A stretch of 64,000 nt of DNA, taken from an uncultured Lachnospiraceae bacterium. GTDB lineage: Bacteria; Bacillota; Clostridia; Lachnospirales; Lachnospiraceae. The stretch lies in the NCBI GenBank assembly GCA_947574135.1, contig CANPIM010000001.1, forward strand, positions 57,447-121,446, read 5' to 3'. A program made the position numbers and the translations under genes. Numbering within the stretch: position 1 is the first letter of the stretch; each line of letters begins with the position of its first letter. Positions 1-9,523 of this stretch are shown one piece after another. The notes under the pieces were generated by a model, which did no database searches, was not told where the DNA came from, and saw only the letters and a list, made by a program, of their open reading frames with translations.

Positions 1-52
1 TTCCCACACAGGGCCATTTTCCACACAGGGCTGCTTACCAGACGCCCCTTTC

Positions 53-1423
53 TTACTTGGAGCGGTAAGCTGCCTCCGCTTCCTTTAAAAAGGCTGCCAA
101 ATTCTTTGCCGTATCCTCCACCGACTGCTGTCCCAAAAACATCATCTGGAGCTGCTCGGTTCCAAAGGTTGTCACAAAATCTCCCCACTCAGGCAAATAG
201 GAGGGGTTGTTTGCAAATGAAATCTGGTCACTCATTACCTGATCCATGTAGACCTTTACCGTTCCCTCGGAGAAGGCCGGATCGTCCGCCAGCTTTGTAT
301 TGATGGGAGTAAAGCCCATACTGATAATATAATCCCTGCTCACTTCCGGATTAAGGAGGAAGGCAATAAGCTTCCAGGCCGCCTCCTTATTGGCGCTCTT
401 GGCGCTCATGGCATAGCCGGTCTGTCCGGAGGTATCAAAGGCTTTTCCAGAGGATCCCACGGGAAGCATGGTGGTGTTGAAGGCGCCCTCCCCCATACTT
501 TCGTTACAAATTCCCACCACCTCATTAGACTGGATCAAAAGTCCGGAGGAGCCGGTGGTAAAGCTCTCCACACATTCCCGAAAGGCCCAGTTTAAGCTGT
601 CCGGGGACGCGGCCTTATCCTGGTAAAGAGCCGCATATTTCCCCAGGCCCTCTATGGCCTCCGGCGTATCGAATACACAGAGCCCCGTCTCCGGATCAAT
701 GACATTGGGACTTCCCACCTCGCCCAGCATCCACATCACCGCATGGGTCATACCATAGTTTCCGCCCCGAAGCGCATAGCCGAATTTTCCGTCTCCCTGG
801 GCCGCCATAGCCATGGCTACCTTATAGAAATCGTCGGTGGTCACCGGCGGCTCCATGCCTGTGGCCTCCAGCATCTCCGTATTATAATAAGTAGCCGTTC
901 CCCAGAGCCCATAGGGGAGATAATAGAGCTTCCCTTCAATGACCCGGCCCAGCTGAAACGCAGCGTCCACAATATTGTCCTACTCCTCCCAGCTCTCCAC
1001 ATAGGGAGACAGATCCTCAATATTTCCCGAGGATGTAAGAAGCGCCAGCCAGGAATCATTCATCTCTATCACATCCGGAAGCTGGTTAGCTGCCGCTAAG
1101 TTAAACATTTTCTCTGCTGCCTGATCATTGGGCGTGCTGATCATCTCCACCTTAATCCCCGGATTCTCCACCATAAACGCATCCAACAGCTCCTGCACCA
1201 TAGCGGTTTTCGTTTCCGTGGGCTGTGTCTCCAGGTAAGTGAGCGTAATCTGTCCTTCTGCCTCTCCCGCCGCCTTCTCATCTGCTTCACTGCTCTCCCC
1301 ACTGACGGTCTCCTCGGGTGTACCTCCTACGGACTCCTCCTTCCCGCCGCAGCCGGTGAGTAAACCGGCCATCAGGGTCAGGCATAGCATCCCGGCCAAC
1401 AGTTTCTTTTCTCTGTTTTTCAT
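53..1423 (-). pseudogene. Carbohydrate ABC transporter substrate-binding lipoprotein interrupted by an in-frame TAG
   Basis: ORFs 980..1477 and 53..970 are in the same frame: ...GAG GAG TAG GAC AAT ATT GTG..., with TAG at 982-980. ATG at 1423 follows a GGAGG RBS. Lipobox LLTGC. The C-half has family-1 SBP motifs (LYYLPY, YYNTEML, P.TTDDF). Confidence 0.85.
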
Positions 1424-1445
1424 CTTCTTTCCTCCTTTAAAAATT

Positions 1446-2492
1446 TTATTTCTTGTAATATTGGCAAGCTTCCGCAAACATCACTCTTACATGCTCCGTA
1501 GAAATATCCGCCTCAATGCCCTGGGAAGGCCCTAAGATATACCCGCCACAGTCCTGAAAACAGGCAAGAGCCTCCCGCACCGATGCCTGAATGCGTTCTT
1601 TGGGCCCCTCCGGCAGCACATGCTGGGTATCGATTCCCCCGTACATAACCACCTTTCCCCCGAACCTCTGCGCCATGGTCCTGATATCCATGCCCGCCGC
1701 GCTCACCTGAATGGGATTCATAATATCCACACCCATCTCTATAAAATCCGGAAAAAGCTCTGAAATGGCTCCAAAGCTATGTTGTAATATAGCTATATCA
1801 TACTCTTTTATGGTGTCATACAGCCGTTTCAGCTCTGGCTTAAAAAATTTACAAAACATCTGCCGGGAAATCAGAAGATCCCACTGGATGCCAAAGTCAT
1901 TGCAATTCTGCATCATAAGAATCCGCCCATTGGCTGTCTCCAAAACCTTTCTGGCATAATCTATCCAGAAATCCGTGATTCTCCGAATAAGGGCCGCCGA
2001 CACCTCCGGCTCCGCCACCAGATTCATCAGGGTGTTTTCAAAGCCGCAAAGCCAAGTCACATTGTGGAAAATCGGGGCCCAGAGCCCGCCCTCAATGGCA
2101 AATTCCTCATGTTCCTCCAGGGCCTTCTCCAGCCAGGCTGTGTCAAAATCCTCTATTTTGGGAAAGGGATAGGCCTCCACCTCCTCCACAGAGGAAACCT
2201 CTGCCAGAGGATGATAATTGCTGGTATCCCCAAAGCTTCGGATATCCAGGGGCACTCCCCAAAAGTCCGCCGGCTTTCCCATATAGGTCCGGCTTTCCCC
2301 CTTGTATTCCAGAGGCTGGAACAAATGCCAGATATCCAGATCCAGGACCCTGTACATGTCCTCCACAGACGGACAGTTCAGATCCCTGGCCATGCGTTCC
2401 TCCTCCGGCGGGTTGGTTCCCATGATTCCAAAGGGCACCCGGTCTGTCTCCTGATATTGTAAGGTCCGCAAAACTCTTTCTTTTTTTGTCAT
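1446..2492 (-). CDS. UroD/MtaA-CmuA family methyltransferase-like protein, possibly inactivated
   Basis: N-terminal MTKKERV..DRVP, NDFG.Q, GVDIMNPIQ, YGGIDTQ and GGYILGPS. The usual HSCG metal motif reads HSFG (codon TTT). Confidence 0.8.
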   Translation of the reverse strand: MTKKERVLRTLQYQETDRVPFGIMGTNPPEEERMARDLNCPSVEDMYRVLDLDIWHLFQPLEYKGESRTYMGKPADFWGVPLDIRSFGDTSNYHPLAEVSSVEEVEAYPFPKIEDFDTAWLEKALEEHEEFAIEGGLWAPIFHNVTWLCGFENTLMNLVAEPEVSAALIRRITDFWIDYARKVLETANGRILMMQNCNDFGIQWDLLISRQMFCKFFKPELKRLYDTIKEYDIAILQHSFGAISELFPDFIEMGVDIMNPIQVSAAGMDIRTMAQRFGGKVVMYGGIDTQHVLPEGPKERIQASVREALACFQDCGGYILGPSQGIEADISTEHVRVMFAEACQYYKK

Positions 2493-3550
2493 CTACCTCA
2501 CCCCCAGCTTCTGCCACGCGTCAAAATAAATCTCTGCATTCTCCACCGGGGTATTGGCAGGAATATGATTCCCCACAGCCATGAAAAATCCTGGACAGCG
2601 CTTTCCAATATCCATACAGCGCTTTACCTCACCGTAAATCTGCTCCCGATTTCCGTTTAGCAGGATTCTCGTATCCGCATTTCCCACCATTACATGGGTC
2701 TTTCCGTAATGCTCCGCCACGTAGGATAGGTCCGTGGCCGGCTCCATGACAAAGCCGTGAACTCCGCAGGCAGCAATGTCATCGATAAACGGGGTATAGT
2801 TTCCGTCGCAGATATAGAGAATCTTCTTTCCCGCCTCCAAAAGCGGAGCAAAATATTTCTTATACTGGGGAAACAGAAACTCTCTGTACCAGTCCAAGGG
2901 CAGGAAGGGGCCGCTGGCCCATACAATGTCATCGTGTACGGAGACAATGGGAATGTCTGACAGGCCAGCCCCTCAAAGTAGGACTGTATCCATTTGGCAT
3001 ACCGCTCCATCACCTGTCCAAAGGCGTGGTAATCTCCCCCGGCCGCCAGAAGCAGCATATCCCAGCCGCACACCTCGATAAGGCCGGACATCCCCGTCAC
3101 ATAGATCCCGCTGGTATTGACACAGTCCGGATAACGTTCTGTCTGAATCCGGTAATTTTTATTAAAATAATCGCAAATCTCCTTGGGATCCCGCTCTCCG
3201 TAAGCCTCAAAGAAGTCAAAGCTGTAGATATCCTCCGCATCCTCAAAAAGCTCAAATTTTTCCTGGTCAAAATCCGTGCCCCCGGCTGCAAAGACGCAGT
3301 GTCCCATCTTGGTCCGCTTATCTCCGAAAATAAATTCATCCAGAGGCGTATTGTACATAAAACTGTAATCCCAGGCTTTGACAAAGGCGCTGGTAGCCGC
3401 CTGTTTTTCCTCCCCTGTGCTTTCCGGCCCAACAGCCTGGCCTGTCACCTTTTTTATCAGATCTCAGTGATAGTGGGCAGAATACTCCGTGTGGGGCACA
3501 TGCTTTGGCATATCCAGTGCAAATGCAGCTAATCCGTACTCTTTTCCCAT
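2493..3550 (-). pseudogene. UroD-family protein with in-frame TGA and a frameshift
   Basis: ATG at 3550 with a GGAGG RBS. TGA at 3466-3464 (EYSAHYH*DLIKKV). The frame slips at ~2961 (GCC TG TCA GAC ATT); the other frame restores SDIPIVSVHDDIVWASGPF and continues into ORF 2493..2897 (GNADTR, AVGNHIP). Confidence 0.85.
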
Positions 3551-3620
3551 AGTTTCCTCCTGACTTTTCTATGAAATAAACTGATTTTCTCCCAAGACCT
3601 CAATATCTATAAGAAATCAC

Positions 3621-5302
3621 ATGGAATTTGTGGCCTACTACTGCCTGGAATACGACACCTATGCAGCCAGGTCCCACCCCCAGTGGCAGGTGGCTACTTC
3701 TGACGGCCAAGGACTGATTCGGGATGACACCTATGCCAAATGGCCGGTAGACTGTCTGCGCACCAAATATGGAGACTACTGTCTGGAACAATTAGAGGAG
3801 ATTGTCTCTTCCTATCATCCGGACGCCCTGTTTTTGGATATTTTTGGCTCCTCTCTATGCTATTGCCCGGCCTGTCAGGCCGCCTTTCGTGAACGCTTTG
3901 GCTATGAGCTGCCAAAAGCCCCTTGTGATTTAGCCCTTCACAGGGAGGATATTGTGGATTTTCTAAACAAAAGCAGCGAGGCCTATCTGCGCCGAATAAA
4001 GGAACGGCTAAAGGCCATGGATCCCACCCTGGCTATTACCACCAACTTTGCCAGTCATTACCCGGAGACCTTCCGCCGGCAGCTGGACTATCAGTTTGCA
4101 GAGCCTATTTTGCAGGACAACTGGTTTTCCTCCGCTTACACCAGAGACACGGCTAAGGGCCGCTTTCCTAGCACGTGGACGGAACCCTGGAAATGGAGGA
4201 GGCCCGCCGGGTGGGAGCTGCCTTTGGGGAGATTGAGAAAATGCATCCCTTCCTTTCCGGCAACACGCCTGTGCGCTATGCAGGCATTCTCCAGGATGAC
4301 GCCAGCCTTTACGTAAATATTCCGGATTTTTACCAGGACGCCACCTTACGTCTCAAACAATCCGGCCCTCATCTGCGGGCCATTCTGGGCGCTATGAAGC
4401 TTTGCGAGCATGCCAAGATTCCCTGGAATGTGGTTCCCAGCACAGAGTGGGATTCTCTGAAGGAATATTCTCTGCTGCTCCTGCCAGAGCTGTTTATCCT
4501 TTCAGAGCCCATGGCCGATAAGCTGCGAGCCTATGTAAGACAGGGGGGAACGCTTATCTGCGCCGGACACTCTGGGCTCTACCAATCTAAAACCCAGAAA
4601 AGAGGGGATTTTTCCATCAGGGATCTCCTGGGTGTACGCTATCTACGAACCAATCAGGATTACCGCTCCAACGGCTGGAGCGCCTACCTTGCCGGGGATA
4701 AGTCTATAGGCGGACTATTTGCCTGCTCCACGACTCCTCCCGTAAGCGATGTTTTTCTGGAGGTCCAGCCGGATACGGCCTCCTGCTTTCTGCGCTTCCA
4801 GCTGCCCTGTGATGCCCATCACTGGGTCAACTGGTGGAGCCCGCCTCCCTGCGGCGAGAGCTCCCTTCCGGCGGGAGTTCACAATTCCTATGGAAAGGGA
4901 AGCTGTTACTATTTTTCCTTTGATCTTTTCACCATGAGTGCAGACGAAGCTTATGCATGTGTCCATGACCTTTTTGCTTATGTTCTGAAACAAACAGAAG
5001 CTCCCGCTGTCTCCAATGTCCTGGAGGCCCCCCACATGGTACGCACAGCCTTTTCCCAAAGAGAGAACGGAAATCTGTTACTCCATCAGATCTCCCAGCT
5101 TCCCAAGCATTTTTCAGGTCAATGCCTTCCTCTGTCCGGGGGACTTTTGCGCATCCGAAAACCCCACGCCCAGGCCAAGACTCCAAAAGCCGGGCTGGTA
5201 TATCCTGCCTGTGCGCCCCTTCCCGTGGCGGAGGAGGATGGCTTCTGGAATATAGAGCTTCCGGATTTTACCCTGCAACAGCTGGTGGAGATTACCTTTT
5301 AA
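3621..5302 (+). pseudogene. Glycoside hydrolase-like protein (GHL6/alpha-fucosidase-like TIM barrel plus beta-galactosidase trimerisation/GATase-like domain), 5'-truncated and frameshifted
   Basis: Begins mid-barrel (FVAYY) and contains PDALFLD. The frame breaks at ~4165-4175 (RFP / HVDGTL). The C-half has LLLLPE..G.LI..G.SG and YGKG.CYYF. Confidence 0.7.
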
Positions 5303-5312
5303 AAAGATTTCC

Positions 5313-5395
5313 TTTTACAGGACGCAGTTTCCTGTAAAAAAAGAGACTGGCGCAAAATTCCGATTCTTTTCACGCGGATTTGCACCAGTCTCTTT
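5313..5395. terminator. Two adjacent hairpins between convergent genes (bidirectional terminator)
   Basis: TTTTACAGGA/TCCTGTAAAA stem at 5313-5339, and AAAGAGACTGG.GCAAA/TTTGC.CCAGTCTCTTT at 5340-5395. Confidence 0.7.
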
Positions 5396-5397
5396 TC

Positions 5398-6156
5398 TCA
5401 CAGCCACTCCTTATATTTCTTCCGATAGCTCCCCGGAGAGATCTCCATATAGCCCTTAAAGGCTCTGGAAAAAGCCTTCTCATCCTTATATCCCGCCGCT
5501 TCCGCTGCCTCCCAGATGCTCTTTCCCTCCATGAGCGCCTTGCTGGCCTGGTTCATGCGCACGGACAGCAAATACCGGGAGGGGCTCATGTGAAAGTTTT
5601 TCTGGAACCATCTGGAAAAATATGACCGATCCAGGCCTACGCAGGCCGCCAGCTCATCCACTGTGGGACAGCCATTTCCCCGCTCCTCCAAATAAGAAAG
5701 CACGGACTGCATACGGCTGCCCACAGGAGCCTGGGGCTTGATCCGCTGCCGAAGCCGCCTTAAAAACACCCCAAACAGGCAGAGCACCTCCTCAAAGCAA
5801 TCGGGATTTTCCTGCAATGCCTGGATTCCCTTCAGGAGATAGTAGAGCTCTCCATTTTCCTGAATTTTTATTTTCTCGTACCCCATAACAAAATCCGGCC
5901 TGCATTCTACATGGAACCACAGCACCTCTAAGGGATTCTGGGGATTATGCCACAGGGTATAGGGCTCCATAACCGGAAACACATATAAATATCCATGCTC
6001 CAGGAGCTCGTTCTGTCCCTCCACCTGGCGGTAGGCCTCTCCTCCGCACACATAGTAGATCCGGTGAAAGGTGGCACATTCTCCGGTCATCCCCCAGCCG
6101 GGCGGGCAGACGGTATAATCGTTTTGAAACAGGTCAAAAAAATCCCATGCCTTCAT
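5398..6156 (-). CDS. AraC family transcriptional regulator
   Basis: Cupin-like N-terminus and double HTH (VDELAACVGLDRSYFSRWF; GYKDEKAFSRAFK). Start set at ATG 6156, after AGGAG. Confidence 0.93.
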   Translation of the reverse strand: MKAWDFFDLFQNDYTVCPPGWGMTGECATFHRIYYVCGGEAYRQVEGQNELLEHGYLYVFPVMEPYTLWHNPQNPLEVLWFHVECRPDFVMGYEKIKIQENGELYYLLKGIQALQENPDCFEEVLCLFGVFLRRLRQRIKPQAPVGSRMQSVLSYLEERGNGCPTVDELAACVGLDRSYFSRWFQKNFHMSPSRYLLSVRMNQASKALMEGKSIWEAAEAAGYKDEKAFSRAFKGYMEISPGSYRKKYKEWL

Positions 6157-6160
6157 TTTT

Positions 6161-6287
6161 CTCCTATTAAAGTCGCTGCGCGACGGCACTGAAGAGTAAA
6201 GTCCCTTCGGCGCACTTTTTACGAGAGGAACTTTTATGCGTGCACGCCCGCATAAAAGTTCCTCTCGTGCGCCTTTGTGACTTTACT
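6161..6287. repeat. Structured intergenic repeat (REP/MITE-like or cis-RNA), copy 1
   Basis: Perfect 20-bp inverted repeat at 6221-6240/6249-6268, plus outer stems. The first 55 nt match 61545-61599 at 48 of 55 positions. Confidence 0.85.
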
Positions 6288-6495
6288 GGTTGAATCTATT
6301 CAAATTTCATGAACTGGAACTGTGGGGGCCTCTTGGGCGCTTTTGCGACTTTACTGGTTGAATTTATTCAAATTGGTAAATCGGAACTGTGGGGGCCTCT
6401 TGGGTGCTTTTGTGACTTTACTGGTTGAATTTATTCAAATCGGTGAACTGGAACTGTGGGGGGCTCTTGGGGCGCTTTTGCAACTTTACTGGCTT
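6269..6495. repeat. Tandem array of 67-68 bp units, about 3.3 copies
   Basis: Units start at 6269, 6337, 6404 and 6472. Consensus is approximately GCGCTTTTGYGACTTTACTGGTTGAATTTATTCAAAT-N9/10-GGAACTGTGGGGGCCTCTTGG. Confidence 0.95.
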
Positions 6496-6512
6496 GTTGT
6501 TTTTTGATTGGG

Positions 6513-7850
6513 CTAACCGAAGTAGGCGTCTATGGTTTCCCGGGCAATCTGGGCCCAGCGCCACAGCTTTTGGGGCTTATAATCCACGGTGCTGATATCT
6601 TTCAGCACAATCTCGATGGAGCAGCCTTCTGTCTCCCGAATTATTTGCTCAATCTCTTTTCTAGCCAGATCTTCGTGGAAGTCTCCCACGGCAAAGATGG
6701 CCGGATTGGGCTTACAGCTCATGACATATTTGCCTTTACAGCGCTGGGCCGCCGCCTTCCAGTTATTCCAGGGGCTCATGGATACCTTGCGCAGGTTGGG
6801 AATCTGATCCATTAAATCCATCTTAAAATGCAGGGGCTCACAGCAGCCATAGTAGTTCATGCCAAACTGCTTTAGCCACTCCATCTCATACTGGAGGGAG
6901 AACTGCATATGCATGGCCGGGCTTACCTCAGAGAAAATCTGGGCATTTCCGCAGCCCCACATCTGCCGAGTGTCACAGCCTCTCTGTCCTTCCTCCCGGG
7001 GAGCCAGATCCTTCGTAAACCCGTATCCTCCGGAGCCCACCCGGCAAGAACTGTTGTTCGATGCCCAAATGCCCAGTTCCCGGTATTTCTCCATGCGCAC
7101 CATGGCACAGTCCACATACCGCTTTACCACGGCCTCCACAAACTCCGGCTCCTCCACCATATTGAGCATGGTTTCCTGGATGCCCAGCACTCGGATCAGG
7201 TAATCCCAGGGAGTAAACCAGAGGCCTCTGGCCCCCACCACGATTACCGGCAGGATCCCCGCAAAGATTTCCTCCATCAGCTCCGTGTACTGCTTCGTCC
7301 GTTCCATATCCAGGATAATCTCCGGCTCCCTGATCTTTTCAATATCCTCCATACTGTGGATCAGAATATGAAAATGCCTGGATACCACCTCGCTGTTTCG
7401 GTCGGTTCTCCGGATATCCACCACCTCGTCAATGCCAAAGCCGCTGTCATACACCACCAGAGGGCTCTCCACATAGGGCTCAATGATGCAGTTTCCAAAT
7501 CCGTGCTCATAGCAATAGAGCTCCTTGCGCAGAAAATCCTCCAGCTCCCGGGCAAAGGGATGGGTACAGTAAAGGTTCAGCTCTCCCGTTCCGTTGAGCT
7601 CATTCCAGCAGATCTCGTCCACATAGACAGGCGGCCTGGTCATCTGAAGGTCATTGGCTGCCGTCCAAAGCTTTCGGTTCTCCTCCATCTCCGGCCGGGC
7701 CGCATACTCTGCCTTTTTCCTGCCAAGCTCCCGCAAAACCGCCACATCCTCCCCGGGTAGCTTAAGGCTGTCGGGATCCACTCGTCCAATGGGCTCCCCC
7801 TCCTTTCGGGTAATGCCAAATCGATCCGCCAAATTCAAATATCTGCTCAT
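6513..7850 (-). CDS. UroD-like/methyltransferase-fold protein of the YGCCEP subtype
   Basis: Motifs WFTPWD, AQIFSEVSP.MH..F, YYGCCEPLH, RKVSMSPW and KPNP. ATG at 7850 after AAGGAGG. Confidence 0.75.
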   Translation of the reverse strand: MSRYLNLADRFGITRKEGEPIGRVDPDSLKLPGEDVAVLRELGRKKAEYAARPEMEENRKLWTAANDLQMTRPPVYVDEICWNELNGTGELNLYCTHPFARELEDFLRKELYCYEHGFGNCIIEPYVESPLVVYDSGFGIDEVVDIRRTDRNSEVVSRHFHILIHSMEDIEKIREPEIILDMERTKQYTELMEEIFAGILPVIVVGARGLWFTPWDYLIRVLGIQETMLNMVEEPEFVEAVVKRYVDCAMVRMEKYRELGIWASNNSSCRVGSGGYGFTKDLAPREEGQRGCDTRQMWGCGNAQIFSEVSPAMHMQFSLQYEMEWLKQFGMNYYGCCEPLHFKMDLMDQIPNLRKVSMSPWNNWKAAAQRCKGKYVMSCKPNPAIFAVGDFHEDLARKEIEQIIRETEGCSIEIVLKDISTVDYKPQKLWRWAQIARETIDAYFG

Positions 7851-7980
7851 AGCGCCCTCCTTTCTCAACTCCTGTTTCTTCTATCTTACCACCTCCCCTT
7901 CCCGGTCACAACCAACCAGTGTGCGCTTTTCGTTGCAGTATGTGACATTTCAGCTGACTTTTTCTATACTTTTCTGTGTT

Positions 7981-8028
7981 AAAACAGGGATATCCCCAGA
8001 CCATGCAGTCCGGGGATATCCCTGTTTT
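7981..8028. terminator. Rho-independent terminator downstream of rhaM
   Basis: Stem AAAACAGGGATATCCCC/GGGGATATCCCTGTTTT. Confidence 0.88.
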
Positions 8029-8048
8029 ACTTCTATCCGTATGTGTCC

Positions 8049-8375
8049 TTACTCCAGATGATAAACCTCTTCCATATCAGACCAGAACTCTCCTTCTGCC
8101 CGATCCTCCAGGGGCTCCATGAGGGGCGTGACTGCATCCCACCATTTCTGGGTGGCCGGGTCTGCCGCCATCATGGCCATATCTGCCTCATAATCATCCC
8201 CATCATACTCAAAATAGGAAAACATGTAGTCTCCTCTCTGATAGATGGAGTAATTCTTCAGATGGCATTTCTTAATCATCTCATTGACACCCGGGAAGGG
8301 ATTGGCGTGATAAGCCTTGTACTGCTCCACTCCCTCGGGTTTTACCTTGATCATCTGTCCAAATCTGCGTACCAT
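8049..8375 (-). CDS. rhaM: L-rhamnose mutarotase
   Basis: RFGQMIKVKPE..EQYKAYH, NYSIY, LFSYFEY-like segment, WW..V and W.DMEEVYHL. ATG at 8375. Confidence 0.88.
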   Translation of the reverse strand: MVRRFGQMIKVKPEGVEQYKAYHANPFPGVNEMIKKCHLKNYSIYQRGDYMFSYFEYDGDDYEADMAMMAADPATQKWWDAVTPLMEPLEDRAEGEFWSDMEEVYHLE

Positions 8376-8446
8376 TTTCGTTCCGTCCTTTCCCTTGTTA
8401 TCCTGCGGCTGTTTTTGACCGCACATGTTAGCTGAAAGCCCAGGCC

Positions 8447-9496
8447 CTATTCGTAGATCTTGTTGGCCTCGTCAAACAGCGCCTTGATATTTCTGGGGGG
8501 AACATCCGGCTGCAGTCCCTCGTGGCTGGGAGAAATAATCAGTCCTGTGGGGAAGTAGCCTCTCAGCTCCTTCACCTTGTCGGCCACCATCTCCGGTGTG
8601 CCGTGGGGAAGAAGATCCTGGGTATCCACGCCGCCGCAGAAGGAAACCTTTCCCTCGAACTTGGCCTTCAGATTTGCCGGATCCATGCCGGCCGCCAAAG
8701 CCTGGATGGGATGAATCACATCCACGCCCGCCTCAATGAGAAGGGGAATGGCCTCCACAATGGAGCCGCAGGAGTGGTATACCACCTTTACCCCATAGCT
8801 GTGGGCCAGATCAATAAGCTTTTTCGCTCCTGGGATTACAAACTCGGAGATCAGCGCCGGACTGATCATCAGTCCTCTCTGGCTTCCCACATCATCGCCG
8901 ATGAGAATGGCGTGAACCTTTCCCTTGGTAGCCTCCAGGAAAATCTTCAGAGCCTTTAAATAAAATTCCACAATCTTGTCATCCACATAGTGAACCATTT
9001 CCGGCTCTGCCACCATATTCATGAGGCAGGTCTGCATGCCAAAGGATGCGCACACATCCTGGAAATGGCAGGCCCAGAGCATTCCCATCACTACCTTGTC
9101 GTCAGGAGCCTCGTCTACCAGGCGCCTGCACTCCTCCGGATCGATATAGAGCTCCGGATCCGGCCAGGGGAAATTCACGGCCTTCACATCCTCCAGATCC
9201 TCACAGTGGGTAAAGCATCCGTCCGCTGTCAGGGTCCGGTGCTCCGTATCCACATTGCTGCCGTTCATATACCAGTCAAAGGCTGCGAAAATCGCGGAGC
9301 AGGTGGGGGATTTGTAGGGAATCTCCACTGCGTAGAAGTCATCGCCGCAAACCTTTTTCAATTCCTTAATGTCCTTTACCCCATAAAAATCACACAGGGC
9401 CGGAACTGCATCCGGTGTGGGGTCTCCCAGCCAGCAGGCGGGTCTGTCTACCGGCTTTCTCTCTACGGTTGCTTTAAAACGTTCGATACTGTTCAA
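8447..9496 (-). CDS. UroD/MtaA-CmuA family methyltransferase-like protein
   Basis: GDDVGSQRGLMISP, YHSCGS, GVDVIHPIQ, FCGGVDTQ and ISPSH. Confidence 0.88.
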   Translation of the reverse strand: MNSIERFKATVERKPVDRPACWLGDPTPDAVPALCDFYGVKDIKELKKVCGDDFYAVEIPYKSPTCSAIFAAFDWYMNGSNVDTEHRTLTADGCFTHCEDLEDVKAVNFPWPDPELYIDPEECRRLVDEAPDDKVVMGMLWACHFQDVCASFGMQTCLMNMVAEPEMVHYVDDKIVEFYLKALKIFLEATKGKVHAILIGDDVGSQRGLMISPALISEFVIPGAKKLIDLAHSYGVKVVYHSCGSIVEAIPLLIEAGVDVIHPIQALAAGMDPANLKAKFEGKVSFCGGVDTQDLLPHGTPEMVADKVKELRGYFPTGLIISPSHEGLQPDVPPRNIKALFDEANKIYE

Positions 9497-9523
9497 CTTC
9501 TTCCCCTCCTGTTTTCTCTCAGA

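Noticed and set aside
980-982. In-frame TAG as pyrrolysine readthrough, tempting next to corrinoid methyltransferases
   Set aside because: It is in a transporter lipoprotein, not an MttB/MtbB/MtmB-type enzyme. No pyl genes are in the window, and neighbouring genes carry ordinary frameshifts, so a nonsense mutation is simpler.
3464-3466. In-frame TGA as selenocysteine
   Set aside because: The same gene also has a frameshift, the context is not a redox Cys motif, and TGG-to-TGA is a one-step change. No sel genes are seen.
6269-6495. CRISPR or guide-RNA array
   Set aside because: The variable patches are only 9-10 nt and resemble each other, so they look like point-mutated copies, not unique spacers. 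No cas or other effector gene is nearby.
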